A stretch of 41,800 nucleotides of DNA from Octopus sinensis. Lineage: Eukaryota. The stretch lies in the NCBI RefSeq assembly GCF_006345805.1, contig NW_021835899.1, forward strand, positions 1-41,800. Direction: 5' to 3'. Every line of letters starts with the position of its first letter. The stretch's first letter is position 1. Of this stretch, positions 23,796 through 36,860 are shown piece after piece. Under the pieces are notes generated by a model. It worked only from the letters and a program-made list of their open reading frames with translations, was not told the origin of the DNA and made no database searches. A program made the position numbers and the translations under genes.

Positions 23796-23827
<32 letters not shown>

Positions 23828-24451
23828 TGTTTGCAGTGTGCGTGCGTGGATGTGCACGTGTTTGTGTATGTGTATGGTTATGTGTGTGTATATGTATGTG
23901 TGTGTGTATGTATGTGTGTGTGGTTGTGTGTGTGTATTTAAGCCTTTGTGCCTGTGTCAGTCTGCACCTCAGTCGGTATGTAGAAACGTGACCAACGTTC
24001 AGCCATTTTCGTGTTAAGTAGATGCAAACTTCTCAAAGTGGTAATCGGAAACCGATGTCGGAAATGTAAGTATAAGCTACACCAATTTCTCCTCCATTTT
24101 AAGTCCGTTGAACTCCTTAGAATTAAAGTAACTTAGAACTTCCATTAAACAGAGTCGCATCAACGATATTGGTCTTAACAAAATGAAGAAGGAAATGAGA
24201 ATACGACAATAAGTTATTTTGAATAACCTGTGTTTAAGTTGTAGCTTCAATATCCAACAAAATGACGTTGAATACTTTTGTTCCTTAAAGTAATTTACAA
24301 ACTTGAATAAGTTGGTAAAAAATGTATGTATTTATGTATGTATGTATATATAAGTATGTATGTGCTTGTGTGTGTGTGTGTATGTTTTGATCGATAGATT
24401 GACATAGGTAAATCTATCCAGGCATAAATACACACATGCACACACACATAC

Positions 24452-24486
<35 letters not shown>

Positions 24487-24487
<1 letters not shown>

Positions 24488-24900
24488 GTAGGTCCCGGGT
24501 TGATTCGGGGTTAACCACAGTAAATAAGGTACTCAATACATTGCAGAGTAAAATTAATTTATTATATAGAAGGAGCTTCTACAGGACCAGAACTGTTTCA
24601 TTCAAGAGAAATCTTCAGGAAGCTAGTAACAAGAATGTATTGGCATTTATACATTTAGGCAGGTTTAAAGGGGTGTTGGGGGGGATTTTGGGGGTAGGCA
24701 TAGCGCAAAATATCATCACTTGGGGGGAGGGTCAAGGAGTCAGTGTTAAATTAGATAGAAGAATAAATAAAAATAAAAAAAAAAAAAAATAAAATATAAA
24801 AAAAATAATAAAATAAAATAAACAAATAAAAAAATATAAAAATATATAAAAAAAAGGGAATATAGTTTTAGGTAAATAAGGAGATTCTCACTTATACTAT
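24487..24900 (-). mobile_element. hammerhead-bearing repeat (possible Penelope-like terminus), left copy
   Basis: Its 3' end GGGACCTAC abuts a (TA)n/(CATA)n tract. It contains the hammerhead at 24574-24624 and has an inverted copy at 28380-28707. Confidence 0.6.
24574..24624 (-). ncRNA. type I hammerhead ribozyme motif
   Basis: Minus strand AGCTTC-CTGAAGA-T-TTC(TCTT)GAA-T-GAA-ACAG(TTCTGGTC)CTGT-A-GAAGCT. Confidence 0.7.
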
Positions 24901-25449
24901 GCACATATGTATACATATATACACACACATACAAACCATAGTAGACATAACATACACACATACATACACAACACACATAGATAACATATAGATACACTTA
25001 CACATACATATACATATCTACACATACACATATAGTATACATACACATACTACATGCATACAGTATAACATACATGTATATATACACACACGACCACACA
25101 TACATATACACACAGAAAAATAATATACACATACACACACATACTCACATACACGCATAAAAACCAATATCCACACACAAATGCACACACAGCACACTAG
25201 TCCCTATATACACATATATTTATATATATATATACACACAAACTATATACCGGAGAGATAGAGATCTTGTTCGCCAAAGGACCCTCCTTAACAAAATCTC
25301 AGAACACTCCCCAAATTGCATGCATAAGACGTATGCGAACTACAAAAACTATAGACCTACCGCAACCAGATTGATGACACCCCACCACAAAAAACCCCCC
25401 AATCCAACCGTTCCCATAGCCACCCCGATTACCTCTTCTCCTAAGACCT

Positions 25450-28380
25450 TTCACATATGTATGTGCACGCTTGTATATGTGTACCGTATATATGTATAGA
25501 AATGTATGGGTTATAGTAGGAATATACGAATGTATTATGTGGTGTGTGTGTGTGTGTGTGTATGTATGTAAAAAAAGAATATATATATATGTATGTAGTG
25601 TGTGTGTGTGTGGGTGTGTATATATGTATATATGTATATATGTATATGTGTATATATGTGTGTATGCATATGTATGTGTATATGTATGTGTGTATGTATG
25701 TGTATGTATGCACAAAATATTATATAATTAGGGCTTAGTAAAATAAATTAATTTGCCACAGACTGAACTTTCTAGAAATAGCAGCCAAAAAAGTTTTTTA
25801 GCCTCTTCCATACTTAGAGATATTTTCCCTCAGACATTGTTTACTCAAAAATAATGGTCATTTTACATACAGAATACTTGGTGAAATTGATTAATAACTA
25901 TTTAACTTTACCCTCAATTGTTGATATATGTATGGGTGGTATATGTGTATATATAGTATATGTACACGTATGTATATGTGTATGTATGTATATGGATATA
26001 TGTATATATAGATATATATGTATTATAGATATATATGTATGTGTGTGTGTGGTGTGTATATATATGTATATTATGTGTGTGTGGTGTATATGTATATGGT
26101 GTTATTATATATGAGTGTACGCGAGTAGTCGATGTATATGTAGGTATATGTAGAGATATGTGTATGTGCATGTATGTGAGTGTAGATACAAATTGTAGTT
26201 GGTATATATATGGTGTGTATTATACATTGTATATAGGTATATGTATGGTAGTGTCTATATATATATATATATATAGATATATATATGTATATGCGAGTAT
26301 GTAGAGATATAAGTATGTGCATGTGTATATATGTGTGTATATATATGTATAGGTGTGTGTATGTGTATGTATGTATATATATCTGTGTGTGTGTGTTATG
26401 CATATATGTATGTATGTATGTATATGTGTATGTATATATGTGTGTAAGTGTGTGTATATATGATATGTAAGTGTGTGTGCGTGTATGAGTATGTATGTAT
26501 GTTTGCACACATGTATATGTGTGGTATATGTATATATGTATATATATATAATATATATATATATATGTATGTGTGTGTGTTATATATGTGTGTATGTGTA
26601 TGTATGTATGTATATATATGCGTGTGTATGTGTCTGTGTATATGTACATATACGTGTACGCTCGTGTGTTATGTATATGTAGTACGTAGAGTTATCTATG
26701 TGTGTATGTATTTGTAATGTGTGTAAGTATGTATATATATATATGGTATATGTGTGTGTATGTATAGTAATATATATGTATTGATATATGTGTGTGTATA
26801 TAATATATATATTTACATGTGTGTAAGTTTATATGTATGTATCCGTCTATATAATAGGTAACTGCACGTACATATACTTAATATTTATTATTTATTTTTG
26901 AGTATGCATGTATGAATAAATGCGCGTATATATATTTTACTATTTACTACTTTTGAGTATGCATGTAAGTATGATATAAGGAGGCGCGTGTGTGTGTGTA
27001 TGGTAAGCATAGATATAGTGTATACTTTTACGCATGTGTGTATTATGTGTATATATGGATGCGCGCGTGTGTGGTGTGTGTATGTGTACGCATGTACATG
27101 TGTATGTGCGTGTATGTGTATATGAGTATGTATGTATGTGTGTGCGTATATATTGTATATGTATGTATGTATATGTATGTGTGTGTGTGTATATATGTGT
27201 ATGTATTTATATGTTATATATATATATATTATATTATATATATATATATATGTGGTGTATATATATATGTGTGTATATGTATGTATGTATATGTATATGC
27301 GTATGTGTATGTATTTGTATGTGTATGCATGCGCGTATATATATGTATGTATATGTATACGTGTGGGTGTGTGTATGTGTATAAATGTATGTATACGTAT
27401 ATATATGTGTATGTGTGTATATGTATGTATGTGTATGTGTGTATATATATATATATATATGTGTATATATGTATGTATATGTATATATATATATATATGT
27501 GTGTATATATGTGTGAATATATATATATATATAATATATATATATATGTGTATACATGTATGTATTTGTATGTAGGTGTATATGTATGTGTGTGTATTTA
27601 TATTTATTGGTGTATATGTATAGACTAGCCTTCTAAGAGTGTAGACATGAATCTGTAGGTATGCGTACGTATGCGTATATACGTGAATGTATGTAGATGT
27701 AAGTATGTATGAATATAACGCGTGGAGCGTGTATGTGTATGAGTGTACGAATGAGTGAGTGTACGTGCTAAAGAGTGTGTGCGTGAGGAATGAGTGCTTG
27801 TTTTCCAGTAGACAGATAAATGGACTGGCTGTCATAGCCAAGATGTTTGCGACCAGCGGTCAAAGATAACAAAAGTAATAAATGAAGATAATAAAATTAA
27901 ATTAGGGAATGGTCTGTATTTGTATGTGTATATATAGTGTGTATGTGTAGGCATGCATAGGTACACATAGTATATATATATTATAGATATATATATATAT
28001 ATATGTATGTATATGTATGTGTGTGTATATATGTATATGTGTTGTATATTATATATATGTGTATATAGGGACTAGTGTGCTGTGTGTGCATGTGTGTGTG
28101 TGGATATGTGTGTGTATGGTGTTGTATGGAGTATGTGTGTGTATGTGTATATATATTTTCTGTGTGTATATGTATGGTGTGGTCGGGTGGGTATATATAC
28201 ATGGTGTATACGTGTATGCATGTGAGTGTGTGTATGTATACATATATGTGTATGTGTAGATATGTATATGTATGTGTAAGTGTATATATATGTATATATG
28301 TGTGTGTGTATGTATGTGTGTATGTATATGTATATCTGTTTGTATGTGTGTGATATATGTATAATATGTGCATAGGTATA
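25450..28380. repeat. long degenerate (TG/TA/TATG)n alternating purine-pyrimidine tract
   Basis: Direct reading; short non-repetitive interruptions at about 25730-25920 and 27780-27910. Confidence 0.9.
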
Positions 28381-28641
28381 AATGAGAATCTCTTATTTAC
28401 CTAAAACTCTATCCCTTTTTTTTATATAATTTTTATTTTTTATTTTTTTATTTATTTTTATTTTTTTATATTTTTTTTTTTATTTTTTTATTTTTTTATT
28501 TATTCTTCTATCATTTAACACTGACTCCTTGACCACTCCCCCAAGTATGATATTTTGCGCTATGCCTACCCCCCAAAAGTCCCCCACCAACACCCCTTTA
28601 AATGCCTAAATGTATAAATGCCAATACAATTCTTGTTAACT

Positions 28642-28692
28642 AGCTTCCTGAAGATTTTCTCTTGAAGAAACAGTTCTAGTCCTGTAGAAGCT
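28642..28692 (+). ncRNA. type I hammerhead ribozyme motif
   Basis: AGCTTC-CTGAAGA-TT-TTC(TCTT)GAA-GAA-ACAG(TTCTAGTC)CTGT-A-GAAGCT; predicted cleavage after A28686. Confidence 0.75.
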
Positions 28693-28718
28693 CCTTCTAT
28701 ATAATAATATATATATCT

Positions 28719-28749
<31 letters not shown>

Positions 28750-29124
28750 GGCACAAGAGTGGCTGTATACATTGTTTCGGGTTTAGTCCCACTGCGTGGC
28801 ACATTGGGCAAGTGTCTTCTCCTATCCTTGTCAGTGGATTTGGTAGACTTAACCTGAAAGATGCCTTTCGCATATATATATATATGTGTGTGTGTTTGTG
28901 TGTATCTTTGTGTGTCTGTATTTGTCCTCCTTCATCGCTTGACAACCGATGCTTGTGTGTTTACATCCCCTTAACGTAGCGGTTCGGCAAAAGAGACCGA
29001 TAGAATAAGTACTACGCTTAGAAAGAATATGTCCTGGGGTCGATTTGCTCGACTAAATGGCGATGCTCCAGCATGGCCACACTCAAATGAGTGAAACAAG
29101 TAAATGAGTAAAAAGAGTAAAGAG
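28750..29124 (+). mobile_element. SINE family B with internal deletions
   Basis: GGCACAAGAGTGGCTGT head, GTCCCACTGCGTGGCACATTGGGCAAGTGTCTT, internal (TA)(TG) tract, tail GAAACAAGTAAATGAG. Confidence 0.85.
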
Positions 29125-29679
29125 TATGTATAAATGTTGAAATGTCCTTTGAATCTACAAAACTAGTCTATGCCTAAGGCAAAGAATAGACATCCAGAGT
29201 CTAAATTTAATAATCTACTCAAGTACAAGAAGGCATGTTGATCTTCTTTTAGGGAGGACATAGTATACACATGACTTTTAGGGACCAAACACTACATCGT
29301 CTCATTCAGTCAAAATTCGTTGAAAGATGCAGTACATGCCATGGATCCAGTAAAGGACAAATCATTTACTTTATCAAAGCTGACATCAGCGGGATTTGAA
29401 CCTAGAACATAAAAACGCCGTAACCAGATGTCACTGCGAAAGCAATTTTGAGGTTAAACTAACGGATTTGCCAAACCATAGCGATCGTATAAATAACGGC
29501 AACTATAAAAATTGTACAGCGTGGACTAGTGAAGGCTATGAAAATAAGGAGTTGTTAGAATAGAAAAGGGGACAATGAGCAACAACAACGATAAACAATA
29601 AACATAAAACGTATATTACAAAAGAACCAACAAAAAGAAAGATTATTTTCAAGAAGCGGGCAAGAGATACACAAGCAAT

Positions 29680-29719
29680 ATGTGTGTGTGAGTCTATGTA
29701 TCTATATGTGTGTGTATAA

Positions 29720-29753
<34 letters not shown>

Positions 29754-30477
29754 GTATGTATATACATATATTCACAAATATACATATACATATATATGTA
29801 TATACATATATATGTATATACATATATACACATATATACATATATATATGTGTATATGTATACATGATTCCGTACCTCTCACTATATATTATATATATAT
29901 ATCTAATATTATATATATATATGCATACGTATATATATGTATATATATACACACGTGTGTGTGTGTGTGTTATAAATAAAAGTAAACAATGAAAGATAGT
30001 ATTCACTGTCATGGTTGAAAGGGTGTTATTAATTTGAATTATAGTCGTATTTTTTGCGGTTGCTGCTGTGGCTGGTGATGTTGCTACAACAGCATATATA
30101 ATATATGCACACACACATATATATATATATATAAAGGGAGAGAGACAGACAGACAGAGAAAGACATAGATAGATATGTATATATATGTGTGTGTGTGTGT
30201 GTCTTTGTTGGGTATGTGCGTTTTTGTTGGTATATGTGTAATGATGTTTTCTTTATATATAATCGTTTCCATTGTGACTGCAACGTTAACAAAGGAAGAC
30301 CAGGAGGAGATAGAAAAAAAAATAACACATCACTGTATACATAAACATAATTTAACAATAGCGTGATCACATGCATTGAAGCTCGCTGACCCGAACTGTT
30401 GAAGAATAAACGGGAATTGTATCACCTCACAGAAATACCTTCATACAACATATATATAGATATATATATATGTATAT

Positions 30478-30522
<45 letters not shown>

Positions 30523-30627
30523 ATATATATACTATAATAATATATGTCTATATATATATGTATATATATATATATAATATATATTATATATTATATATAT
30601 ATATGTATGTATGGAGTATATATATAA

Positions 30628-30671
<44 letters not shown>

Positions 30672-30723
30672 GTATGTATATATATATATATATGTACGTA
30701 TGTATGTAATATTATGTATAATG

Positions 30724-30789
<66 letters not shown>

Positions 30790-30810
30790 GTATGCATGTA
30801 TGTGTCTATT
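29680..30810. repeat. (TA)n/(TATG)n microsatellite blocks
   Basis: Blocks at about 29680-29970, 30110-30200 and 30440-30810. Confidence 0.85.
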
Positions 30811-31362
30811 CGACCGTGTGCAAGAAAGAGGGCTGTTTATCATTATGTGTGTTTACAATATATAAAGAAGGAGCCTGACCTTGACTGCAACGAATATTAG
30901 ATCTATATCTATATAGTAGTTACGAGTGTGTTTTTTTTTCGGCGATACCACGTACACAAATTTTCTTTTCTTTATTTACATTGTACGTATTGCGTAATTA
31001 CTCTTGCGTCCGCGGAGATACGCATATAGATATAAATATAAGTATATATATATGTATGAAGCGACTGTCGTGGTGGTGGAGACAGATAGATAGAAAGATA
31101 GATAGATAGAAATATCTGTGTCTGCGTGTATATATTTGTATTTATGCATGCATATATATATGTGTGTGTGCGTGTGTGTATGAGTGTGTATACGTGTGCG
31201 TGTTTTACTTGCAGCAATGACACAGGGTATCCGTGAACCAAAATATAATGTATTATAGTCATATGTGACATAGCTGCCGGATTAGCACTCTGTGAGGTAT
31301 AAACAACGTTGTTAATCTACTTCTATGTCTCAGATGCCGAGTGAGAAAAAGTGGCGATTAAT

Positions 31363-32027
31363 CTATCTATCCGCTCAATCGAAGTTGACTCTCGTTTACT
31401 CGATGGATCATGGTCCTCCAGTCAGTTCTATCCTGGGTCGCTTCTTTCAGATTGGCTATGGCCATTCCCGTGTCACTCTTGATGGTGTCAAGTCAGCGGG
31501 TTCTTGGTCGGCCTCTTCCTCTCTTGCCACTGACCATTGCGAGCACGATGTCCTTCTCCAGGTATTTTCTCAGCATAATATGACCAAAATATGTCAATCT
31601 ATGCTTGGTGATCCTAACTTCTAGCGACAGTTTCAGCTTGGTCTGGTTATGAACTTCTCCATTGGTGAAACTCGCTGTCCATGGAATCGGTAAAAGTCTT
31701 CTCCAACACCAAAACTCGAATGCATTAATTCTCTTCTGGTCAGCTTTCTTTAGTGTCCAGGTCTCGCATCCATATGTTGCTATTGGGAAGACGATTGCAT
31801 TCACCAATCTGCATTTGGTAGCGAGTCTGATGTCTCTACTCTTCCAGACCTTGCTCATACTGACCATTGCCTCTCTGCCTAACACTATCTGCCGCCTTAT
31901 TTCTGGAGTGCAGTTACCATCTCGATTTATTTTGTAGCCAAGGAAGATGAAATCATCAACCACTTCGATCTCTTCATTATTGATCTTGAGCTGATGTTTG
32001 TTGTGGCTGCTGTTGACATGATCTTTC
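31363..32027 (-). mobile_element. 5'-truncated RTE (BovB-like) LINE: RT C-terminal region, 8-bp TSD
   Basis: Translates KIMSTAA..EVVDDFIFLGYKI..TKCRLVNAIVFPIATYGCETWTLKKAD..FEFWCWRRLL..TYFGHIMLR..GKRGRGRPRTR*LDTIK..DRTDWRTMIHRV..LSG*. CGATTAAT occurs at 31355-31362 and 32028-32035. Confidence 0.92.
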
Positions 32028-32293
32028 CGATTAATACTTAATTTGATTTTTCGTTAAATCCACAGTCAGGATTCGTGTACTCCATCCATTCTTGTTACTG
32101 ATATACACTACCGTTAATTTTATTTTTCGATAGTTATCTTGTGTACTTTCTAGAGTTGAATATATTTGACCATCGCTAATAGGTTTTAGGAGTTGTAACC
32201 TAGTTTTCACAATTATTTAGCCACTTTCTGGAAATTAGTCAACGAAAGAAAGTCGTTGATGTCATATAGCCATCGCTTGTGTAATTCAGTAAA

Positions 32294-32422
32294 TCACGTG
32301 ATCAGGCGACCGACCAGGCTATCAGATGCTGCTACACATCGCTGATCGCAAAGCGCTTCACATTGTTTTAGACATCAAGTGAGGCCACCCTGCTGGCTAA
32401 GCGAGCAGGCCAACAGAAGAAA
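32294..32422 (-). mobile_element. SINE family E 3' part
   Basis: Homologous to 6094-6220. Confidence 0.75.
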
Positions 32423-32634
32423 CACATGGTGCAGTGTTTTACAATCTTGTAAATAAAAAAACGTATATTAAAACCATTCGCACCGAAAGCATATATATAT
32501 ATATACATAAATATGAGAGAGAATCCACTATATGGACGCCCTTACGCGTTTTTATGCGTTCTTTATGCGCTAAACCCTGGTGTTAAATTGATATTATTAA
32601 ATTGATATCCAATTTTTTCACCCTCATTCTTGAT

Positions 32635-32698
<64 letters not shown>

Positions 32699-32700
32699 AT

Positions 32701-32880
32701 ATGGGAGTGTTTACGAAAAAAAAAAGACGAAGATAGGTGGTGTAGAAAACAACATATGTATTAGTATAACGCTCAGGAATAGAAAAATCTTTTACGTTTC
32801 GAGCCTACGCTCTTCTACAGAAAGAGCCACAGGAAAAAAAAAACAATGAGAGAAAACATGCGTGTAGTGGCTACATGCTT
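32701..32880 (-). mobile_element. Penelope-like terminal repeat family P1, copy 2 (hammerhead-like motif 32788-32825)
   Basis: Minus strand TCTTT-CTGTAGA-A-GAGC(GTAG)GCTC-GAA-ACGT-A-AAAGA; the 3' end abuts long (TA)n. Confidence 0.65.
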
Positions 32881-33073
32881 CAAAAATTATATATATATAT
32901 GTATATATATAATTTTTGAAGCATTATGCAGAATGCAAAAGACACAAACATACACAATATGCGTACATATAATATAAACACAGAGACACATACCCATGCA
33001 GATATGAGCGCATATGAAAGAGCCAATGGTAAACACCTGTATATATGACTTGTATACGTTATAGATGGGCCTG

Positions 33074-33215
33074 TGACGTCAGTGACATCTTCTGTTGTGA
33101 TTGGCATCAATAACAACCAGCTTATTCTGGATAATAGTTTCCAGTTACAATCGTTTTGCAAATCCATTGACGTCTTATAAAAGGAGGATGAAGAGTGCTA
33201 TTGATTTCAGATATA
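33074..33215 (+). promoter_or_regulatory. candidate promoter-like motif cluster (CRE, CCAAT, CRE-like, TATA)
   Basis: TGACGTCA 33074-33081, ATTGG 33100-33104, TGACGTC 33168-33174, TATAAAAG 33176-33183. Confidence 0.25.
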
Positions 33216-33336
33216 AAATCTTATCTCTATTCTTTGATAAACTGTATTATGTTACACATACGCACACGCATACATACATAAATGCATAACACTTACGCAC
33301 AAACACACATACGTATGTATATATATATACATACAC

Positions 33337-33376
<40 letters not shown>

Positions 33377-33680
33377 ATATAATTATTTATATATATATAT
33401 AAATATATATATCTATATATATATATATATAACACATATATACTCATATATTCACAAACACAAACACAAAAAATACTGATATATATATATAATGTATATA
33501 TGTATGTATGAAGGAAGGCTAACATAACCGTTATTGTACAAATACATAAAAATGAAGGCCCACTGCCATACACAATCACACACACATGAGATATAAATAT
33601 AGCTCATATGCATGCACATGCATTCATATTGTGCATGTATATATTTATATATATTACTATATATATATATATATATATAT

Positions 33681-33890
33681 AACGAGAAGCTTTATGAAAA
33701 TAAACAAAAGACGGAGGCAGGTGGAGTACAAACAAACACTTGTATTAGTATGGCACTCAGGAATAGCAATAAAACAAGTCTTTTACGTTTCGAGCCTCGC
33801 TCTTCAACAGAAAGATACACAGAAAAGAAACCAGAAAGAAACAAGGAGAGAAAAAAAAGCGTGCAGAGGCTAGCGAATCAACATGGCGAT
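33681..33890 (-). mobile_element. Penelope-like terminal repeat family P1, copy 3 (hammerhead-like motif 33779-33815)
   Basis: Minus strand TCTTT-CTGTTGA-A-GAGC(GAG)GCTC-GAA-ACGT-A-AAAGA; the 3' end abuts (TA)n. Confidence 0.6.
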
Positions 33891-34406
33891 CTGATTTCGG
33901 CCAGAAAGTCAAAGATCAAACGTGAGACGCAAGAGGAAATTAGGGGAGATAATAGGGTTAAATGACCTCGCCCCAACATAAGAGTGTGTGTGTGTATGAG
34001 AGAGTATGACCCCTCCATCTCTTTACATCTGTGCCTGAGAACTTCTGTGACAGAGTGTATATATACACGCATATATTGGAGGGTGCCTGGATGGGCGTGT
34101 ACATATGAATAAACGGAAGAATGGATGCATGCATGAATGTCCGCAAGGCTGTATAGTGCCCGAAATACCATTAACAAAATGTTCCCTGTCAGATCATCAC
34201 ATGTTGCAAACAATTTAACCCTACATTGTATCTCTGTTTTCTAAGCACAAATTCAGAACAGGAGCAATTTCTGTCTGTTCGCGGCAAAATACTAGTTATA
34301 TATATATACATACATACATACATACATACATACATTATATATATATGTGTGTGTGTGGTGTGTGTGTGTGTGTTTGTGTGCGTATATATATATATATATA
34401 TATATT

Positions 34407-34620
34407 ATTCTTTTTCACGTTTCAGTTATTTGACTGTTGCCATACTGGAGCGCCGCTTTGAAGGTTTTAGTCGAAGAAATCGCCCCCAGGACTTATCTTT
34501 TGTAAGCCGAGTACTCATTGCATCAGTTGCTTTTATCGAATTGCTATGTTACGGGGACTTTAACACACTAGCATCGGTTGTCAAGCGATCGCGGGGCCAA
34601 AACAAAGATACATACACAGG
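34407..34620 (-). mobile_element. SINE family B, 3' half
   Basis: GTTTCAGTTATTTGACTGTTGCCATACTGGAGC..GCATCGGTTGTCAAGCG. Confidence 0.8.
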
Positions 34621-34842
34621 AACATATATGTACATACACACACACACACAGACACACACACACACGTGTATATATATATATATTATATTATATATATATA
34701 TATATATTATATTAAATTAGAGATAAATCACTATTAAGCAAATTCATACAATGAAAAACTTAAGCCAATACATAAGATTATTAATTTATATCATTTAAAT
34801 TATAGTATTTGGATTTATTCCATAATATTTTATTATTAATTT

Positions 34843-34899
<57 letters not shown>

Positions 34900-34939
34900 G
34901 TATGTATATGTACGTGTTTGCGAATCTGTGATCGTACAC

Positions 34940-35125
34940 CCAACCAACATCGCTTGACGACCGATGTTGCTGTGTTTACGTCACCGTAACTTAGCTTAGC
35001 GCTTCGGCATAAGAGACCGATAGAATAAGTAGTAGGCTTACAAAGAATAACTCCAGGGGTCGATTCATTCGACTATAGGCTGTGCTCCAGCAGGGTCGCA
35101 GTCAAATGACTGAAGCAAGTAACAC
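34940..35125 (+). mobile_element. SINE family B, 3' half
   Basis: CATCGCTTGACGACCGATG..GAGACCGATAGAATAAGTA..GTCAAATGACTGAAGCAAGTAA. Confidence 0.8.
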
Positions 35126-35202
35126 AATAACAGGAAAATAAAGAATATACGAACAGCGACTCACGCACATAAAGAATTACCCACGCTAACAAAACACATA
35201 CA

Positions 35203-35238
<36 letters not shown>

Positions 35239-35280
35239 TATACATATACACACACATGCATGAACCCGCACACACATATA

Positions 35281-35460
35281 TTTCTTTACTACCCACAAGG
35301 GGCTAAACACAGAGAGTACAAAAGGACGGAGAAAGGGATTAAGTCGATTACATCGACCCCAGTGCGTAACTGGTACTTAATTTATCGACCCCAAAAGGAT
35401 GAAAGGCAAAGTCGACCTCGACGGAATTTGAACTCAGAACGTAACGGCAGACGAAATACG
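35281..35460 (-). mobile_element. SINE family C, head-truncated
   Basis: Close match to 15333-15510. Confidence 0.85.
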
Positions 35461-36550
35461 CACACATATAGCTTAACACATGTTTTCTGTAACAAACGCT
35501 CGCACAAATAATTCAATACTTAAACATATGCAGTTTTGTGTGTGTGTTTCTGTGAGCAGCAGTGTGTGTGTATGCGCACGCGTGTGTGTGAATATATGTC
35601 TGTGTGTATATGTCTGTGTGTGTGTATATTTGTCTGTGTGTGTGTACTTAATATGTCACACATGCTTGACCAGTAGTAACTAATATTCTAAAAGGTCCTT
35701 TATAGATAGTCAGTTTGCTGACCGTCTGGACAACGTCTAAACATCTAAACATCGTTTGAGTGATACTTATCTGATCACAATGCACTTTTATATCCTATAT
35801 TCCAACTTATCGTGGAGAGGTGTGTCTAAATATGTGTATGTGCTAGGCTTTGTGAGTCAGTGCGAAGGTGAGGGTTCATCCACGAGGGTGTGTGTTCGTG
35901 TGGACTTTTTTCTCCGTTCAGCGAGTTAGTGAATAGTAAAATGCAAGTTATCCGGTGTCTTTTGAATACGAAGGACAGAAAACAAACTCAGCGGGGTTAC
36001 AGAGAATCGCTCATTGAAAAGGGGATAAGAACAGAAAAGAAGAAAGAGAGAATGAATGAATATGAATGGGTTATAATAGGGGTAAACAAACATACAAATA
36101 GCAACTGTAGAATAAATTTTAAGTAGAAGCTATGATTGATGGGGATTCCCGTTCCCTCTTCACCGTATCATTACGAACACCAGACTCTCACACACAATGC
36201 ATACGCACATAGACCAATACACACATACACCAATACACACATATACAGTAATGCACATGTGTGTGTGTGTGTCTATGTTTGTGTATCAACATGAAAATTA
36301 AAATGGTGGTAAACTAAACGCGAAAGTAAAAAAAAAAGTATTCAGAAATATATATACATACATATAACAAAAAAAGTCAGTAAAAGAGAAATAATAACAT
36401 AGACAAAAATATCAACAGCTACAGCAATAGGGGTGGGGGACAACTTGGTTCTCTGCCCCTCGCTGTGAGAAATTTGTTATCGTATAATTACCAATACAAA
36501 GTTGGTGTCACTCGTGTTGTTCAGGAAACATATAATATTTGCCTTAATGT

Positions 36551-36700
36551 CAATAATAATAATAATAATAATGATAATAATAATAACAACAACAACAACA
36601 ATAATGATGATGGTGATAATAATAACAACAACAACAACGACAACGACAACGACAACAACAACTACAAAAACAACAACAACAACAACAACAACAACAATAA
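36551..36700. repeat. (TAA)n/(CAA)n trinucleotide array
   Basis: Direct reading. Confidence 0.95.
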
Positions 36701-36744
36701 TAATCCTTTCTACTATAGGAAAAGGTCTGACATTTTTGGGGGAA

Positions 36745-36860
36745 GTATGCTATACGCAGCTAGTACTTAATTTATCGACCCCGAAAGGATGAAAAGCAAC
36801 GTCGGCCCCGGTAAAATTTGAACTCTGAACGTAATGATAGTCGAAATACCGCTAAGCACG
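36745..36860 (-). mobile_element. SINE family C fragment
   Basis: GTACTTAATTTATCGACCCCGAAAGGATGAAAAGCAACGTCG..GAAATACCGCTAAGCA. Confidence 0.75.

Larger units (their letters stand above)
24559..28707. repeat. about 660-bp inverted duplication (24559-25220 vs 28050-28707) with a 2.8-kb spacer
   Basis: The arms match through unique and low-complexity sequence; differences are mainly 1-bp indels. Confidence 0.9.

Noticed and set aside
25245-25275. GGAGAGATAGAGATCTTGTT as a PacBio adapter remnant
   Set aside because: Only a loose resemblance to the SMRTbell adapter; too short and divergent to support.
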